Counted from the stretch's first letter, positions 9,401-17,474 are shown. The stretch: 32,000 nt of DNA from Okeania sp. (GCF_035285525.1 NZ_JAYKGW010000047.1:1-32000), one strand, 5' to 3'. Numbers and translations are program-made. The notes: generated by a model not told the origin, from the letters alone.

Positions 9401-9441
9401 TCCCTACTCCCTACTCCCTACTCCCTACTCCCTACTCCCTC
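9401..9441. repeat. STRR heptamer array (CTACTCC)n
   Basis: tccctactccctactccctactccctactccctactccctc read directly. Confidence 0.85.
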
Positions 9442-9464
9442 TTTTCTGAAGATGCCTAATCATT

Positions 9465-10400
9465 CTATTGATAAATTTTAGTTGCCTTAATCATGTGATA
9501 AGAAATCAGTAACTGAGTCAAAGCCAAAGGATAGCTCCGAAGCAGTTCTCCAGTCGTTCCAACTAACTTACCCAGGTCTGGATCTCCCTCAGTAGAACAG
9601 AAATTTTTCAAATTAGGCATTTCATTACAAAGAATCATTTCTAACTCATTTACCTGTTCCTTCGTAGCATGACTATCAACTTCCAAAACATCCACAGGTT
9701 TACCCATATCCCGGTCTAAACCCAAACGAACTGCTGGCTGAAAACTAGCACTACCTCGATCGATAATCTCCAGAAAATCTGGATGAGGAATAGTGGGTCT
9801 CAGTACCAAACGGACATGAAGTTGAGAAGTATGTGCGTCATCAGCAGAAGGATAGAAAGTAACAACCACATCCGCCCATTTCCGTTGGGGACGGATAAAC
9901 GCCTCTGAGTCTGGTTCCCGTTTTTCCATCTCTTTCAGAACTTGTGCTTCACTGTAGCCACGTTTCATCGTATCCCGTTTTACTTTCCATTTTGCCCTTA
10001 GTTCTTCTGGAGGTGCTAAATAAACTTTCACATCATAACAGTCCCTGGCTGCCCTAGTCGAATAACCTAATAATCCCTCAACAATCACAAATTTTTTAGG
10101 GTCAATGTATTCTGGAGGGTCAAACATTCCGGTTGAATGATTATAGATAGGTTTGAGAATAGGTTGTCCGGTACGCAGCAAGGTCAAATGTTGCTGCATT
10201 ATATCAAGATAGTTGCAGTCTGGGTGGAGGGCGGTAATACCTATTTCAGCTCGTTGTTTTCGATCATAGCGATGGTAATCATCTGTACAAATAATGGTGA
10301 CATTCTCTGGCCCTAATACTTGAGCTATTCCTTTGGTTAAAGTAGTTTTACCAGCAGCACTGTCACCGACAATACCTAAGATTATTGGACGATTAGTCAT
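9465..10400 (-). CDS. Phosphoribulokinase/uridine kinase family protein (PRK-like)
   Basis: 311-aa ORF with P-loop GDSAAGKTT plus TDDYHRYDRKQR and VIVEGLL blocks of the PRK family. The N-terminus differs from my recollection of the canonical cyanobacterial Calvin-cycle Prk, so it may be a paralogue. Confidence 0.7.
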   Translation of the reverse strand: MTNRPIILGIVGDSAAGKTTLTKGIAQVLGPENVTIICTDDYHRYDRKQRAEIGITALHPDCNYLDIMQQHLTLLRTGQPILKPIYNHSTGMFDPPEYIDPKKFVIVEGLLGYSTRAARDCYDVKVYLAPPEELRAKWKVKRDTMKRGYSEAQVLKEMEKREPDSEAFIRPQRKWADVVVTFYPSADDAHTSQLHVRLVLRPTIPHPDFLEIIDRGSASFQPAVRLGLDRDMGKPVDVLEVDSHATKEQVNELEMILCNEMPNLKNFCSTEGDPDLGKLVGTTGELLRSYPLALTQLLISYHMIKATKIYQ

Positions 10401-10484
10401 AATTGTATTCTCCCTGTACCGGACAATGGCCTATTATAGTCTGGCCTAAAATTTTTAGTGATATTAGATTCTATGGTATGTTTA

Positions 10485-10697
10485 TAGATAATTAATAATT
10501 AATAATTAATAATTAATAATTGCTAATAATGAGTGGATTTTGGGCAAGATAAGGTAGGAAATTAAGGGAAGATTATTCTATAGGCAGGATAGATAATTAA
10601 TAATTAATAATTAATAATTAATAATTAATAATTAATAATTAATAATTGCTAATAATGAGTGGATTTTGCGGCAAGATAGGGTAGAAAATTAAGGGAA
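10485..10697. repeat. Tandem duplication of an (AATTAAT)n array plus a ~50-nt tail
   Basis: atagat(aattaat)n tgctaataatgagtggattttg.g.caagata.ggtag.aaattaagggaa occurs twice (10485-10570 and 10589-10697). The heptamer count differs between the two copies. Confidence 0.8.
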
Positions 10698-10698
10698 A

Positions 10699-10789
10699 CA
10701 GGATTTACGCATGAAAGCTGCTGGTAGGGTGGGTTAGCGGTAGCGTAACGCACCGATACACTATATATATTACCTTTGCCCAAGTCCTG
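10699..10789. mobile_element. MITE-like element, family A (variant core)
   Basis: caggatttacgca...gctggtagggtgggttagcg...cactatatat...ttgcccaagtcctg. Confidence 0.6.
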
Positions 10790-10862
10790 GGAAAATTATT
10801 CTATAGAATCCCTAAGTGTATCTTTTACATCTTCTAAAACTCCTAATTCCTCTTGATTCTTC

Positions 10863-10910
10863 ACTACTCCCTACTCCCTACTCCCTACTCCCTACTCCCT
10901 ACTCCCTACT
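10863..10910. repeat. STRR heptamer array (CTACTCC)n
   Basis: actactccctactccctactccctactccctactccctactccctact read directly. Confidence 0.85.
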
Positions 10911-10941
10911 TTCACAACAAGACTTCTTTAGCTAACCCTAA

Positions 10942-11592
10942 TTAACATTGAATATAAGCCTTCCATACCCAACCTACTTCTTGAGGTTTAGCCATAGATT
11001 TAACATAAACCCACTTATCTTTAGACTCTTGTCCTGCTGGTGGTTGTGAAACTTGTAGTTGAGTACCTTTTTGAAAGCTATAGGGCATAGGTTGACTTTG
11101 AGCATTGGGAAAATCTTGAACTGCAATATAATCAGAACCAGACCAACCTTTAACTTGACACATTGTTCCTATAGGTATTCCACCTGTTGTACTGCCTGTA
11201 TTGGTTTGTTGTGAAGCAGAGCGTGTATTACAATTTTGCAGATATAAAGTATACACCCAACCTTGAACATTATTTGGCCCAGTGACTTGTGTCCATTGTC
11301 CGTCATTAGACCTATTGATGACTGTTACAGGAGTACCATCATTGAAAGCAGCAATATTTTTACCACCACCAGGTCGATCTCGGAAATCTACATTTTGACG
11401 GTTATCTGCTGATGAAGACTGAAGTTGACAAACTTCTTGTTGTTGAGCAATTAATATCTCATTTGTACCGTTAATATGTGAAATTAATTGGTTTGCCTTA
11501 GCTATATTCGGCATTTGGCTTCCTAATAAAGATAGAGAAGCAATGGTTAATATTCTTAGATAATTTGGCTTTTGCTTAACGTTATTTTGCAT
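10942..11592 (-). CDS. Secreted protein with two bacterial SH3-like (SH3b) domains
   Basis: 216-aa ORF with a signal-peptide-like N-terminus (LRILTIASLSLLGSQMPNIAKA). Two similar modules end in GWVYTLYLQNC and GWVWKAYIQC. Confidence 0.55.
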   Translation of the reverse strand: MQNNVKQKPNYLRILTIASLSLLGSQMPNIAKANQLISHINGTNEILIAQQQEVCQLQSSSADNRQNVDFRDRPGGGKNIAAFNDGTPVTVINRSNDGQWTQVTGPNNVQGWVYTLYLQNCNTRSASQQTNTGSTTGGIPIGTMCQVKGWSGSDYIAVQDFPNAQSQPMPYSFQKGTQLQVSQPPAGQESKDKWVYVKSMAKPQEVGWVWKAYIQC

Positions 11593-11897
11593 AAATATTC
11601 TTTTGATAAGTTTTGCTACAAACTGTATAAGTCTATATTTCAGAGATTTTGATTTCTCTTAAGACTTGATTTATCTTAAAATACCTTTTTGAAAAAATTA
11701 GTATTACCGATAACAATATTGAGATTTTAATATTAAATTATCTCAATTACAAGAGAAGTTTAGTGATTTTAAAAAATCTTAATTTACCTTTTAAGAGCTT
11801 TAAATTTCAGGTCAAGAAGATCAGGAATATAAAGAGAAATACGATTTTTATTGTCAGCGTAAATTCGTATAAAAAATCAACCGGACTGTCATATAAT

Positions 11898-12083
11898 TAA
11901 GCATTCAGCAGTCAGCTATTAGCTTTTGAGGCAAATCTATAATTTACGGCAATAAATATAAATAGTTTAAAAACATCAGATAAGTAGAAGTTAAAAGAGT
12001 TTTTGCCATTTATTTTTATTGTGCTTGAGCTAACTGCTGACAGCTAATAGCTGTTGGCGCAGCATGACCCAGGAAATGCTTAC
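11898..12083. mobile_element. MITE-like element, family B (taagcattcagc.gtcagc...gctga.agctaatagctg...aaatgcttac)
   Basis: Terminal inverted repeats taagcattcagcagtcagctattagc / gctaactgctgacagctaatagc...ggaaatgcttac. Six copies or partial copies occur in the window. Confidence 0.65.
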
Positions 12084-12119
12084 AAAATTAAAACCCTATA
12101 TTCTCAAAATAAATTATCC

Positions 12120-13331
12120 CTAACTACAAAATTTTTCCACACAACGAATAAACATTTCTACTCCCATTCCCAAAGCTGTTTCATCAAAATCAAATCTAGG
12201 ATGATGATGAGGATAAGCCAACTTTTTCTCAGCATTTGCTGAACCTAAAAAGAAATAACAACCAGGTATTTCTCGTAGAAAAAATGACATATCTTCACCT
12301 CCCATAGTTTGACATTCTGGTACAACACCAGCCGGAGTTTCTACTATTGATTCAGCCACACTTTTAACTAAATCTGCAACTTCTTGATTGTTAATTAATG
12401 GGGGATAAAGTGGAATATAATTAAACTCATAATTTGCTCCATAAGTTGCACAAACTCCCGAAATTATTTGCTCAATTTTTTGACTAAAATAATCTTGATA
12501 ATCTAAACTAAAATAGCGGACTGTACCACTCAGTCTGGCAGTATCAGCAATCACATTAAATGCTCTACCTGCATTCAACTTCCCTATTGTAACAACTGCT
12601 GAATCTATAGGATTAATATTCCGAGCTACTATAGTTTGTAAAGCATTAACAATTTGCGCTGCTACCACAATAGAATCTACAGTTTGATGTGGCATTGCTC
12701 CATGCCCACCTTTGCCCAAAATTGTGCAACTAAATCTTTCGGTAGCTGCCATTAAAGCACCACTACGGACTCCTACTGTACCAAGGGGGAGATTATTCCA
12801 CAAGTGCAAACCAATAATAGTATCTACATCAGGGTTTTTCAATACTCCTGCTTCAATCATCGGTTTAGCCCCTCCGGGACCTTCTTCGGCAGGTTGAAAA
12901 ATAATTTTGACTATACCACTAAAATCTTGACGATGAGTAGCAAGATAGTGGGCAGTACCGAGAGCGATCGCTGTATGTCCATCATGGCCACAAGCGTGCA
13001 TAATACCATCATGTATGGATTTATATGGAACCTCGTTTAATTCTTGCACTGGTAGTGCGTCTAAGTCTGCTCTGATACCAAGTACGGGACCTGGTTTACC
13101 ACTGTTAATGGTGGCAACTATACCTGTGTTGGCAATTTCGGTTTGATGTTCGATGTTCCACTCTTGTAATTTTTGGGAAATAAATTGTGCTGTTAGATGT
13201 TCTTTGAAACCAAGTTCTGGTCTTTGGTGCAAATGTCGTCGCCACTCTACTAATAGTGGTTGCAGTTTTCTAATGTCTGAGCGTAGTTGAGATGCGATCA
13301 CAGAATTTGAGGTTGGAATAGTTGAAACCAT
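12120..13331 (-). CDS. M20-family amidohydrolase (N-acyl-L-amino acid amidohydrolase/hippurate hydrolase-like)
   Basis: Carries HACGHDGH and QPAEEGPGGA metal-binding motifs. I prefer the internal ATG at 13331 (MVSTIPT...) because the track's start at 13415 lies inside a family-D MITE. Confidence 0.85.
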   Translation of the reverse strand: MVSTIPTSNSVIASQLRSDIRKLQPLLVEWRRHLHQRPELGFKEHLTAQFISQKLQEWNIEHQTEIANTGIVATINSGKPGPVLGIRADLDALPVQELNEVPYKSIHDGIMHACGHDGHTAIALGTAHYLATHRQDFSGIVKIIFQPAEEGPGGAKPMIEAGVLKNPDVDTIIGLHLWNNLPLGTVGVRSGALMAATERFSCTILGKGGHGAMPHQTVDSIVVAAQIVNALQTIVARNINPIDSAVVTIGKLNAGRAFNVIADTARLSGTVRYFSLDYQDYFSQKIEQIISGVCATYGANYEFNYIPLYPPLINNQEVADLVKSVAESIVETPAGVVPECQTMGGEDMSFFLREIPGCYFFLGSANAEKKLAYPHHHPRFDFDETALGMGVEMFIRCVEKFCS

Positions 13332-13401
13332 ATTTTTTGATAATTTAGAATTTGGTAGTTTTGTATAATAATCAGGACTAAAGCTATGAAAGCTATTCTT
13401 A

Positions 13402-13530
13402 GTGGACTGTTTCACCTAAAATAATGCATGATTATTTGTCATTGCGAACGAATGTGTTTGCCTAGCATTCCCTAGGAAAGCAATCTCAGGCCAACTTCCT
13501 ATTGCACCATTTGAAGATGAAACAATCGAG
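13402..13530. mobile_element. MITE-like element, family D
   Basis: gtggactgtttcacctaaaataatgca ... tgcaccatttgaagatgaaacaatcgag form inverted termini. Homologous to 198-410. Confidence 0.6.
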
Positions 13531-13533
13531 TAG

Positions 13534-13596
13534 TGGGTTAGCGCACAACGCACAACGCACCAAGACACTACATATACTGTCTTTGCGTAAGTCCTG
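13534..13596. mobile_element. Truncated family-A MITE (right half only)
   Basis: ...gggttagcgcacaacgcacaacgcaccaagacactacatatactgtctttgcgtaagtcctg. The left terminus is replaced by the family-D element. Confidence 0.5.
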
Positions 13597-13621
13597 ATAA
13601 TGCTATACAGAAAAAATGAAT

Positions 13622-13808
13622 ATCAGGTACGGGAGCCAGATGCTCTCACTATTATTGTAACCCAAATAATGAATGGCGATCGCCTTCCGAAAAAAAGACG
13701 GTATAGATAATCAGGAACATCAGGTACGGGAGCCAGATGCTCCCACTATTATCCTCACCCAAATAATGAGTGGCAAGCGCCTTCCGAAAAAAAGACGGTA
13801 TAGACAAT
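13622..13808. repeat. Tandem duplication of a ~90-nt unit (period 97 nt) containing a gggagc-cagat-gctccc hairpin
   Basis: atcaggtacgggagccagatgctc.cactattat...cccaaataatga.tggc.a.cgccttccgaaaaaaagacggtatagá-free text: the unit continues to gacggtatagacaatc/gataatc and occurs at 13622-13711 and 13719-13808. Confidence 0.75.
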
Positions 13809-13942
13809 CTAGTCATCTTTAGATGACTTCAGGTATCAGCCAAGGATTTCAATCCTTGGCGAACTTGGCGAACTATATTTTTTCTATATCTTTTTCTGTT
13901 TCAGGTTGAATAATAATTTTGTAGTTCATTTTCTGTTTTTAA

Positions 13943-14057
13943 TAGGACTTACGCATAAACGCTATTGGTAGGGTATGTTTCGCTACGCGACATGAAAAGC
14001 GCACAACCCACAACGCACCAATACTCTATATATATAGTGCCTCCTGTGTAAGTCCTG
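13943..14057. mobile_element. MITE-like element, family A (long variant)
   Basis: taggacttacgcataaacgctattggtagggtatgtttcgctacgcgacatgaaaagcgcac...ctatatatatagtgcctcctgtgtaagtcctg. Confidence 0.65.
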
Positions 14058-14271
14058 TTTAATTCTTTGTTTAACTTCCTCCCAGTTTGAACCTATTGTA
14101 GAGTTTTCCTCATACAATTCTAAGCGATAATCTAGTTCTTGTTTTTGTTCTTTTGTTTGTTAGCTCAATTTTATCTGGCATATCAGTAATACTATTCCAG
14201 ATATTTTCTATTAATCCTAGTCTTTCTGAAATACTAAGTTGTAAGATTTGGTTTATTAGCTTAGTAGTCAT
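14058..14271 (-). pseudogene. Frameshifted addiction-module antitoxin-like gene (family with ...EQKxELDxRLExY...WEEVKxRI C-terminus)
   Basis: ATG at 14271 gives MTTKLINQILQLSISERLGLIENIWNSITDMPDKIELT, then an early stop. A frame one nt off continues KEQKQELDYRLELYEENSTIGSNWEEVKQRIK and reads into the family-A MITE at 14057. No partner toxin ORF follows. Confidence 0.45.
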
Positions 14272-14326
14272 AATAAAATTGCTTCAATAGACTGATAATG
14301 AATAATCAAAACTATCTTTAATTATC

Positions 14327-14633
14327 ATACGACTTACCCATCGACGCTACTGGTAGGGTTTGTTTCGCTACGCGACATGAAAAGCGCACTTCGTAACCTA
14401 CCAACACTCTATAGAACCCCTAAACGTATCTTTGCAAAAGTGAGAACTAGGAGACAGGAGTCAGGACTCAGGAGTCAGGAGTTAGGAGTCAGAAGTCAGG
14501 AGTTAGAGAAATAAAATAAGGAATAAAGTAGAAAAATGCCTCCATCTTCCCAAGCTCCCCAACCTCCCCATCTATAAAAAAATAGATCCGGTTAGGGGTT
14601 CTATATATATATAGAGCCTTTGCGTAAGTCCTG
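14327..14633. mobile_element. Family-A MITE interrupted by a nested family-C element
   Basis: The left part atacgacttacccatcgacgctactggtagggtttgtttcgctacgcgacatgaaaagcgcac...caacactctata is followed by the insert. The right part is tatatatatagagcctttgcgtaagtcctg. The uninterrupted relative is at 13943-14057. Confidence 0.6.
14410..14604. mobile_element. MITE-like element, family C, inserted in the TATA core of a family-A MITE
   Basis: tatagaacccctaaacgtatctttgcaaaagtga...(aggagtc)n...ctcccca...tccggttaggggttctata. tata is present on both sides (possible target duplication). Confidence 0.6.
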
Positions 14634-14639
14634 TATCAA

Positions 14640-15335
14640 TTATCCTACTTTAGCTGGCAAGGGCATAAATTTCTCTAAATCTAAATTAGAAGCAACTTTA
14701 GCTAATTCACCCAAGTCAGTAATATCTGCTAAATGTGGTATAATTCCGCAAACTTGCACTTGGGTTAAAGATTCAATGAGGTCAACTGGAGTCCAGTCAA
14801 CTATTTCTTCTTTTGAACAAGGTTTAACACAGTTGAGAATAATGCCTCGGAGATTAACTTTCATTTGACGTGCTAGAGCAACATTGGCTATCGTTTGAGC
14901 GATCGCTCCTAACTTAACTGGTACAACCAAAATTGTAGGTAAATGCCAATCTCTTGCTATGTCTGCCACTGTCAGTTCATGGGTTACAGGGGAACCCAGT
15001 CCTCCCAAACCTTCAACTAAGACAAAATCTTTTTGTTGTCGCAAAGTGGTAAAGGTTGACCATACATGACCTAATTCTATTAAACGACCTTCCCGTTCCG
15101 AAGCTACCGGAGGAGCAACAGGTGTTCTATACCACAAAGGATTGATTTCGTCAAGGGATTGATCGAGAGAAAATAGTTTAGTGTAGAGTTCGCGATCGCC
15201 AATACCAGTTTGAATAGGTTTAAATAAGGCTAATTTAAGGTCTTTGTGATAAGTTTGCCAGTAGGCAGCAAGAGCGATGGTTAATATAGTTTTGCCAGCA
15301 TCAGTATCAGTTGCTGTAATTAAGAGTTCTTTCAA
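14640..15335 (-). CDS. bioD: ATP-dependent dethiobiotin synthetase
   Basis: 231-aa ORF with an N-terminal ITATDTDAGKT P-loop-type motif and VEGLGGLGSPV. Typical length. Confidence 0.85.
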   Translation of the reverse strand: MKELLITATDTDAGKTILTIALAAYWQTYHKDLKLALFKPIQTGIGDRELYTKLFSLDQSLDEINPLWYRTPVAPPVASEREGRLIELGHVWSTFTTLRQQKDFVLVEGLGGLGSPVTHELTVADIARDWHLPTILVVPVKLGAIAQTIANVALARQMKVNLRGIILNCVKPCSKEEIVDWTPVDLIESLTQVQVCGIIPHLADITDLGELAKVASNLDLEKFMPLPAKVG

Positions 15336-15363
15336 AGTGTTTATCCTAGAATTTAATTTGGGT

Positions 15364-15461
15364 CAGGACTTACGCAAAGGTACTATATACTATATATAGA
15401 GTCAAAAAACTATTGCGTATGGGGTTTTAAGCACTATATTTAGGTTCTTGTGTAAGTCCTG
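15364..15461. mobile_element. MITE-like element, family A
   Basis: caggacttacgcaaaggtactatatactatatatagagtcaaaaaactattgcg...ttgtgtaagtcctg. Confidence 0.7.
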
Positions 15462-15602
15462 TTGGGTAAAAAAAGTATAGAAAACGGGTTTATATTAACA
15501 TCTCCAGATTAGATTACAAAAATTCGACTTTTCTAATTATGCCTTCACGTTCCAATACTTCCCAAATCAGAATTAACCGGGTTTATGGGAGACAGATATC
15601 AG

Positions 15603-15706
15603 TAGACATCTCCGGAAAAGAGAGAATAGGGAACAGGGAATAGGGGGAGAAATTGATGACTTATAGATAATAATTGATTATATTTTTAATTTTTGGAGAT
15701 GTTTAG
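15603..15706. mobile_element. MITE-like element, family F (tagacatctcc...ggagatgtttag)
   Basis: Inverted termini tagacatctccggaaaag / aatttttggagatgtttag. Related half-sites occur near 9338, 15505, 19690 and 20105. Confidence 0.55.
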
Positions 15707-15830
15707 TATAGTTGGCATTTCATATAGAACCCTTAATCATATCAAATCCGCTTAATTCGGTAGAAAAAAATGTTTTATCTTTAACCATTGCTATATCTTC
15801 CCATACTCCCCACACGAACCACACTCTTTT

Positions 15831-15872
15831 TACACCGATACTACCGGATTTGATATTATGCCCTAACCGGAC
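15831..15872 (+). repeat. Locus-restricted ~28-nt motif, copy 1 (ta.acc.at.ctaccgg.tttgatatta)
   Basis: tacaccgatactaccggatttgatattatgccctaaccggac read directly. See finding. Confidence 0.6.
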
Positions 15873-15881
15873 ATATTTTTT

Positions 15882-15953
15882 TATAGAACCCCTAACCGTA
15901 TCTTTACAAAGAAAGGTGTGTTTTTTTGCAAAGATACAGTTAGGGGTTATATA
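15882..15953. mobile_element. 72-bp near-perfect palindrome, family-C termini only
   Basis: tatagaacccctaaccgtatctttacaaag ... tttgcaaagatacagttaggggttatata. Confidence 0.6.
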
Positions 15954-15974
15954 GACCTGGTTTCTCTACTTTTT

Positions 15975-16010
15975 TATACCAATACTACCGGATTTGATAT
16001 TACAACCTAA
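15975..16010 (+). repeat. Locus-restricted ~28-nt motif, copy 2
   Basis: tataccaatactaccggatttgatattacaacctaa, 144 nt downstream of copy 1. Confidence 0.6.
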
Positions 16011-16131
16011 AGCAGATTTTTAAATGACCTTAAATGGCCAAAGAATAATGGCCTCACTATCTTGATCAGGCTATTTAAAAAAAAGTACATTGTAGATTGC
16101 AATTATGCAAAAGTTCGCCATAATATATATT

Positions 16132-16150
16132 TAGGTCTTTAAAAGACCTA
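16132..16150. promoter_or_regulatory. Perfect 8-3-8 palindrome taggtctt-taa-aagaccta just upstream of the ParM-like gene; candidate operator
   Basis: Read directly. It lies 36 nt before the ATG at 16186, immediately after a taatatatat (-10-like) stretch. Confidence 0.4.
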
Positions 16151-16185
16151 TTAAAAACTTATTGAGAATAATAACAATAAAAATT

Positions 16186-17238
16186 ATGGTAACAACCACA
16201 ATGGACAATCTTGTTAGCTCGTATAAGGAGGAATTAATATCAGACAGTATTTCTATTGGCATTGACAACGGCAACGGACGGATCAAATCCAAATCTAGTA
16301 AAGGTGTAGAGGTTCGGATTAAATCATTAATCCACTATTTAGATGATGAGCAAGAAATAACAGATGGCGGTCAAGAGTCCGTGTTTGTTGAATATGTAGT
16401 AGGTCCCCGCACTGACTTGTGTGGCAAAAGGTTCGTAGTAGGTCAACAAGCTTACCAGTTCGATCCGGTTGGAGTGCTATCAACTTCAGATGATAGAGAA
16501 GGTAAAAGCAAGTTTGCTTTAGAGCTAACCCTAGCTGCAATAGCAGCCAGTATCACAATGGATTATACGGATGTAGGGATCGTATCAAGTGTACATGATC
16601 TTGCAGTCTTGAATGATTTGAAGTCTAAAGTTAATGGAGAACATACAGTCAAGCTGAATAATCAAATCAGAAAAGTAAATCTTGACTTAAAAGCTGTGAA
16701 AACAGAAGGTGTGGGAGCTTATGCTAGCTTGTTGCAGACCAAAAAATGCAGCAAAGAATCCCAGACAGTTTTGCTCGACCTTGGTTATGGAACAGTCATA
16801 GTTTCTGTTTATTCCAACGGCGCTTTCAAACAAATATTGCGATTTCCAGATCTGGGTGTTAAGTCTCTATATCAACGCATTGCTAATAATTTAGATTTGC
16901 GCAAACAGCTAAAACGTAACGGCGATATGCAGCTTATTCAAAAAGCTGTAGAATGCGGTGATTTTGTCTATGGCAACAATAAGATTAGTGAATTTTCCAT
17001 TGCTGAAATTTACAATCAGGAATTGAGAATATGGGTCAAAAACTCACTGGTAAAGGTATTAGGCAAGATTGATAGCTATTTAGATGGCGCTGAGTTTTTG
17101 TTTGCTATTGGTGGCGGTGCTAAACTACCAAAAATCTCTCCCTGGCTTGAAAAAAAAGGTTTTGAGACCATCGAAGATTCCGAGTTTATCAATGCTCGTG
17201 GGTTACTGGCGATCGCACAAAGAGAGGCTAAAAAATGA
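16186..17238 (+). CDS. Actin-like ATPase of the ParM/StbA type
   Basis: Ordered actin-fold motifs are phosphate-1 SIGIDNGNGRIKS, phosphate-2 VLLDLGYGTVIV, adenosine FAIGGGAKLP and C-terminal FINARGLL. Start is uncertain (TTG 16162 per track, ATG 16186, ATG 16201). The stop overlaps the next gene's ATG. Confidence 0.7.
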   Translation: MVTTTMDNLVSSYKEELISDSISIGIDNGNGRIKSKSSKGVEVRIKSLIHYLDDEQEITDGGQESVFVEYVVGPRTDLCGKRFVVGQQAYQFDPVGVLSTSDDREGKSKFALELTLAAIAASITMDYTDVGIVSSVHDLAVLNDLKSKVNGEHTVKLNNQIRKVNLDLKAVKTEGVGAYASLLQTKKCSKESQTVLLDLGYGTVIVSVYSNGAFKQILRFPDLGVKSLYQRIANNLDLRKQLKRNGDMQLIQKAVECGDFVYGNNKISEFSIAEIYNQELRIWVKNSLVKVLGKIDSYLDGAEFLFAIGGGAKLPKISPWLEKKGFETIEDSEFINARGLLAIAQREAKK

Positions 17239-17474
17239 AAAAAAATTGGGCAAGTAGGAAAGTAGTGATCGCGCCTCGCCATATACCCAACTTGGAAAGG
17301 ATTGCCCTAGAGAACCAGTTTGAAAGTCTCTCGGAGACCATAGATTGGGTATTGACTGACTGGCATCGGTGGGTTAACGGATACAACACTCCCAACTTCA
17401 ATCACATTAGCAACCCAGTAGAAAATACTGCTCCTGTTGTTGAGGAGGATGATGATTTACTAGCGGATTTATAG
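17235..17474 (+). CDS. 79-aa ParR-like adaptor candidate (predicted RHH N-terminus, acidic C-terminal tail)
   Basis: ATGA overlap with the upstream gene, and gagagg lies 8-13 nt upstream. RKVVIAPRHIPNLERIALENQFESLSETIDWVL fits a strand-helix-helix pattern. The tail is VVEEDDDLLADL. The functional call is inference. Confidence 0.45.
   Translation: MKKNWASRKVVIAPRHIPNLERIALENQFESLSETIDWVLTDWHRWVNGYNTPNFNHISNPVENTAPVVEEDDDLLADL

Noticed and set aside
10485-10697. Possible CRISPR array (also considered for the other regularly repeated tracts)
   Set aside because: The units are 7-nt tandem repeats or simple duplications without unique spacers of about 30 nt. No repeat-spacer architecture and no cas genes are seen.
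12054-12242. 62-aa ORF
   Set aside because: It starts inside the family-B MITE terminus and runs antisense over the 3' end of the M20 gene.
13332-13415. N-terminal 28-codon extension of the M20 amidohydrolase
   Set aside because: The track's ATG at 13415 lies within the family-D MITE terminus. The internal ATG at 13331 precedes the conserved region at a normal distance.
15712-15954. 80-aa ORF upstream of the ParM-like gene
   Set aside because: It is built entirely from repeat copies (the interrupted and direct 28-nt motifs and a family-C palindrome), so it is not credible coding sequence.
16225-16231. Strong AAGGAGG inside the 5' end of the ParM-like ORF as the true RBS
   Set aside because: No ATG, GTG or TTG follows in frame at suitable spacing (the next codons are gaa tta ata tca). 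It is therefore treated as coding sequence (K-E-E).
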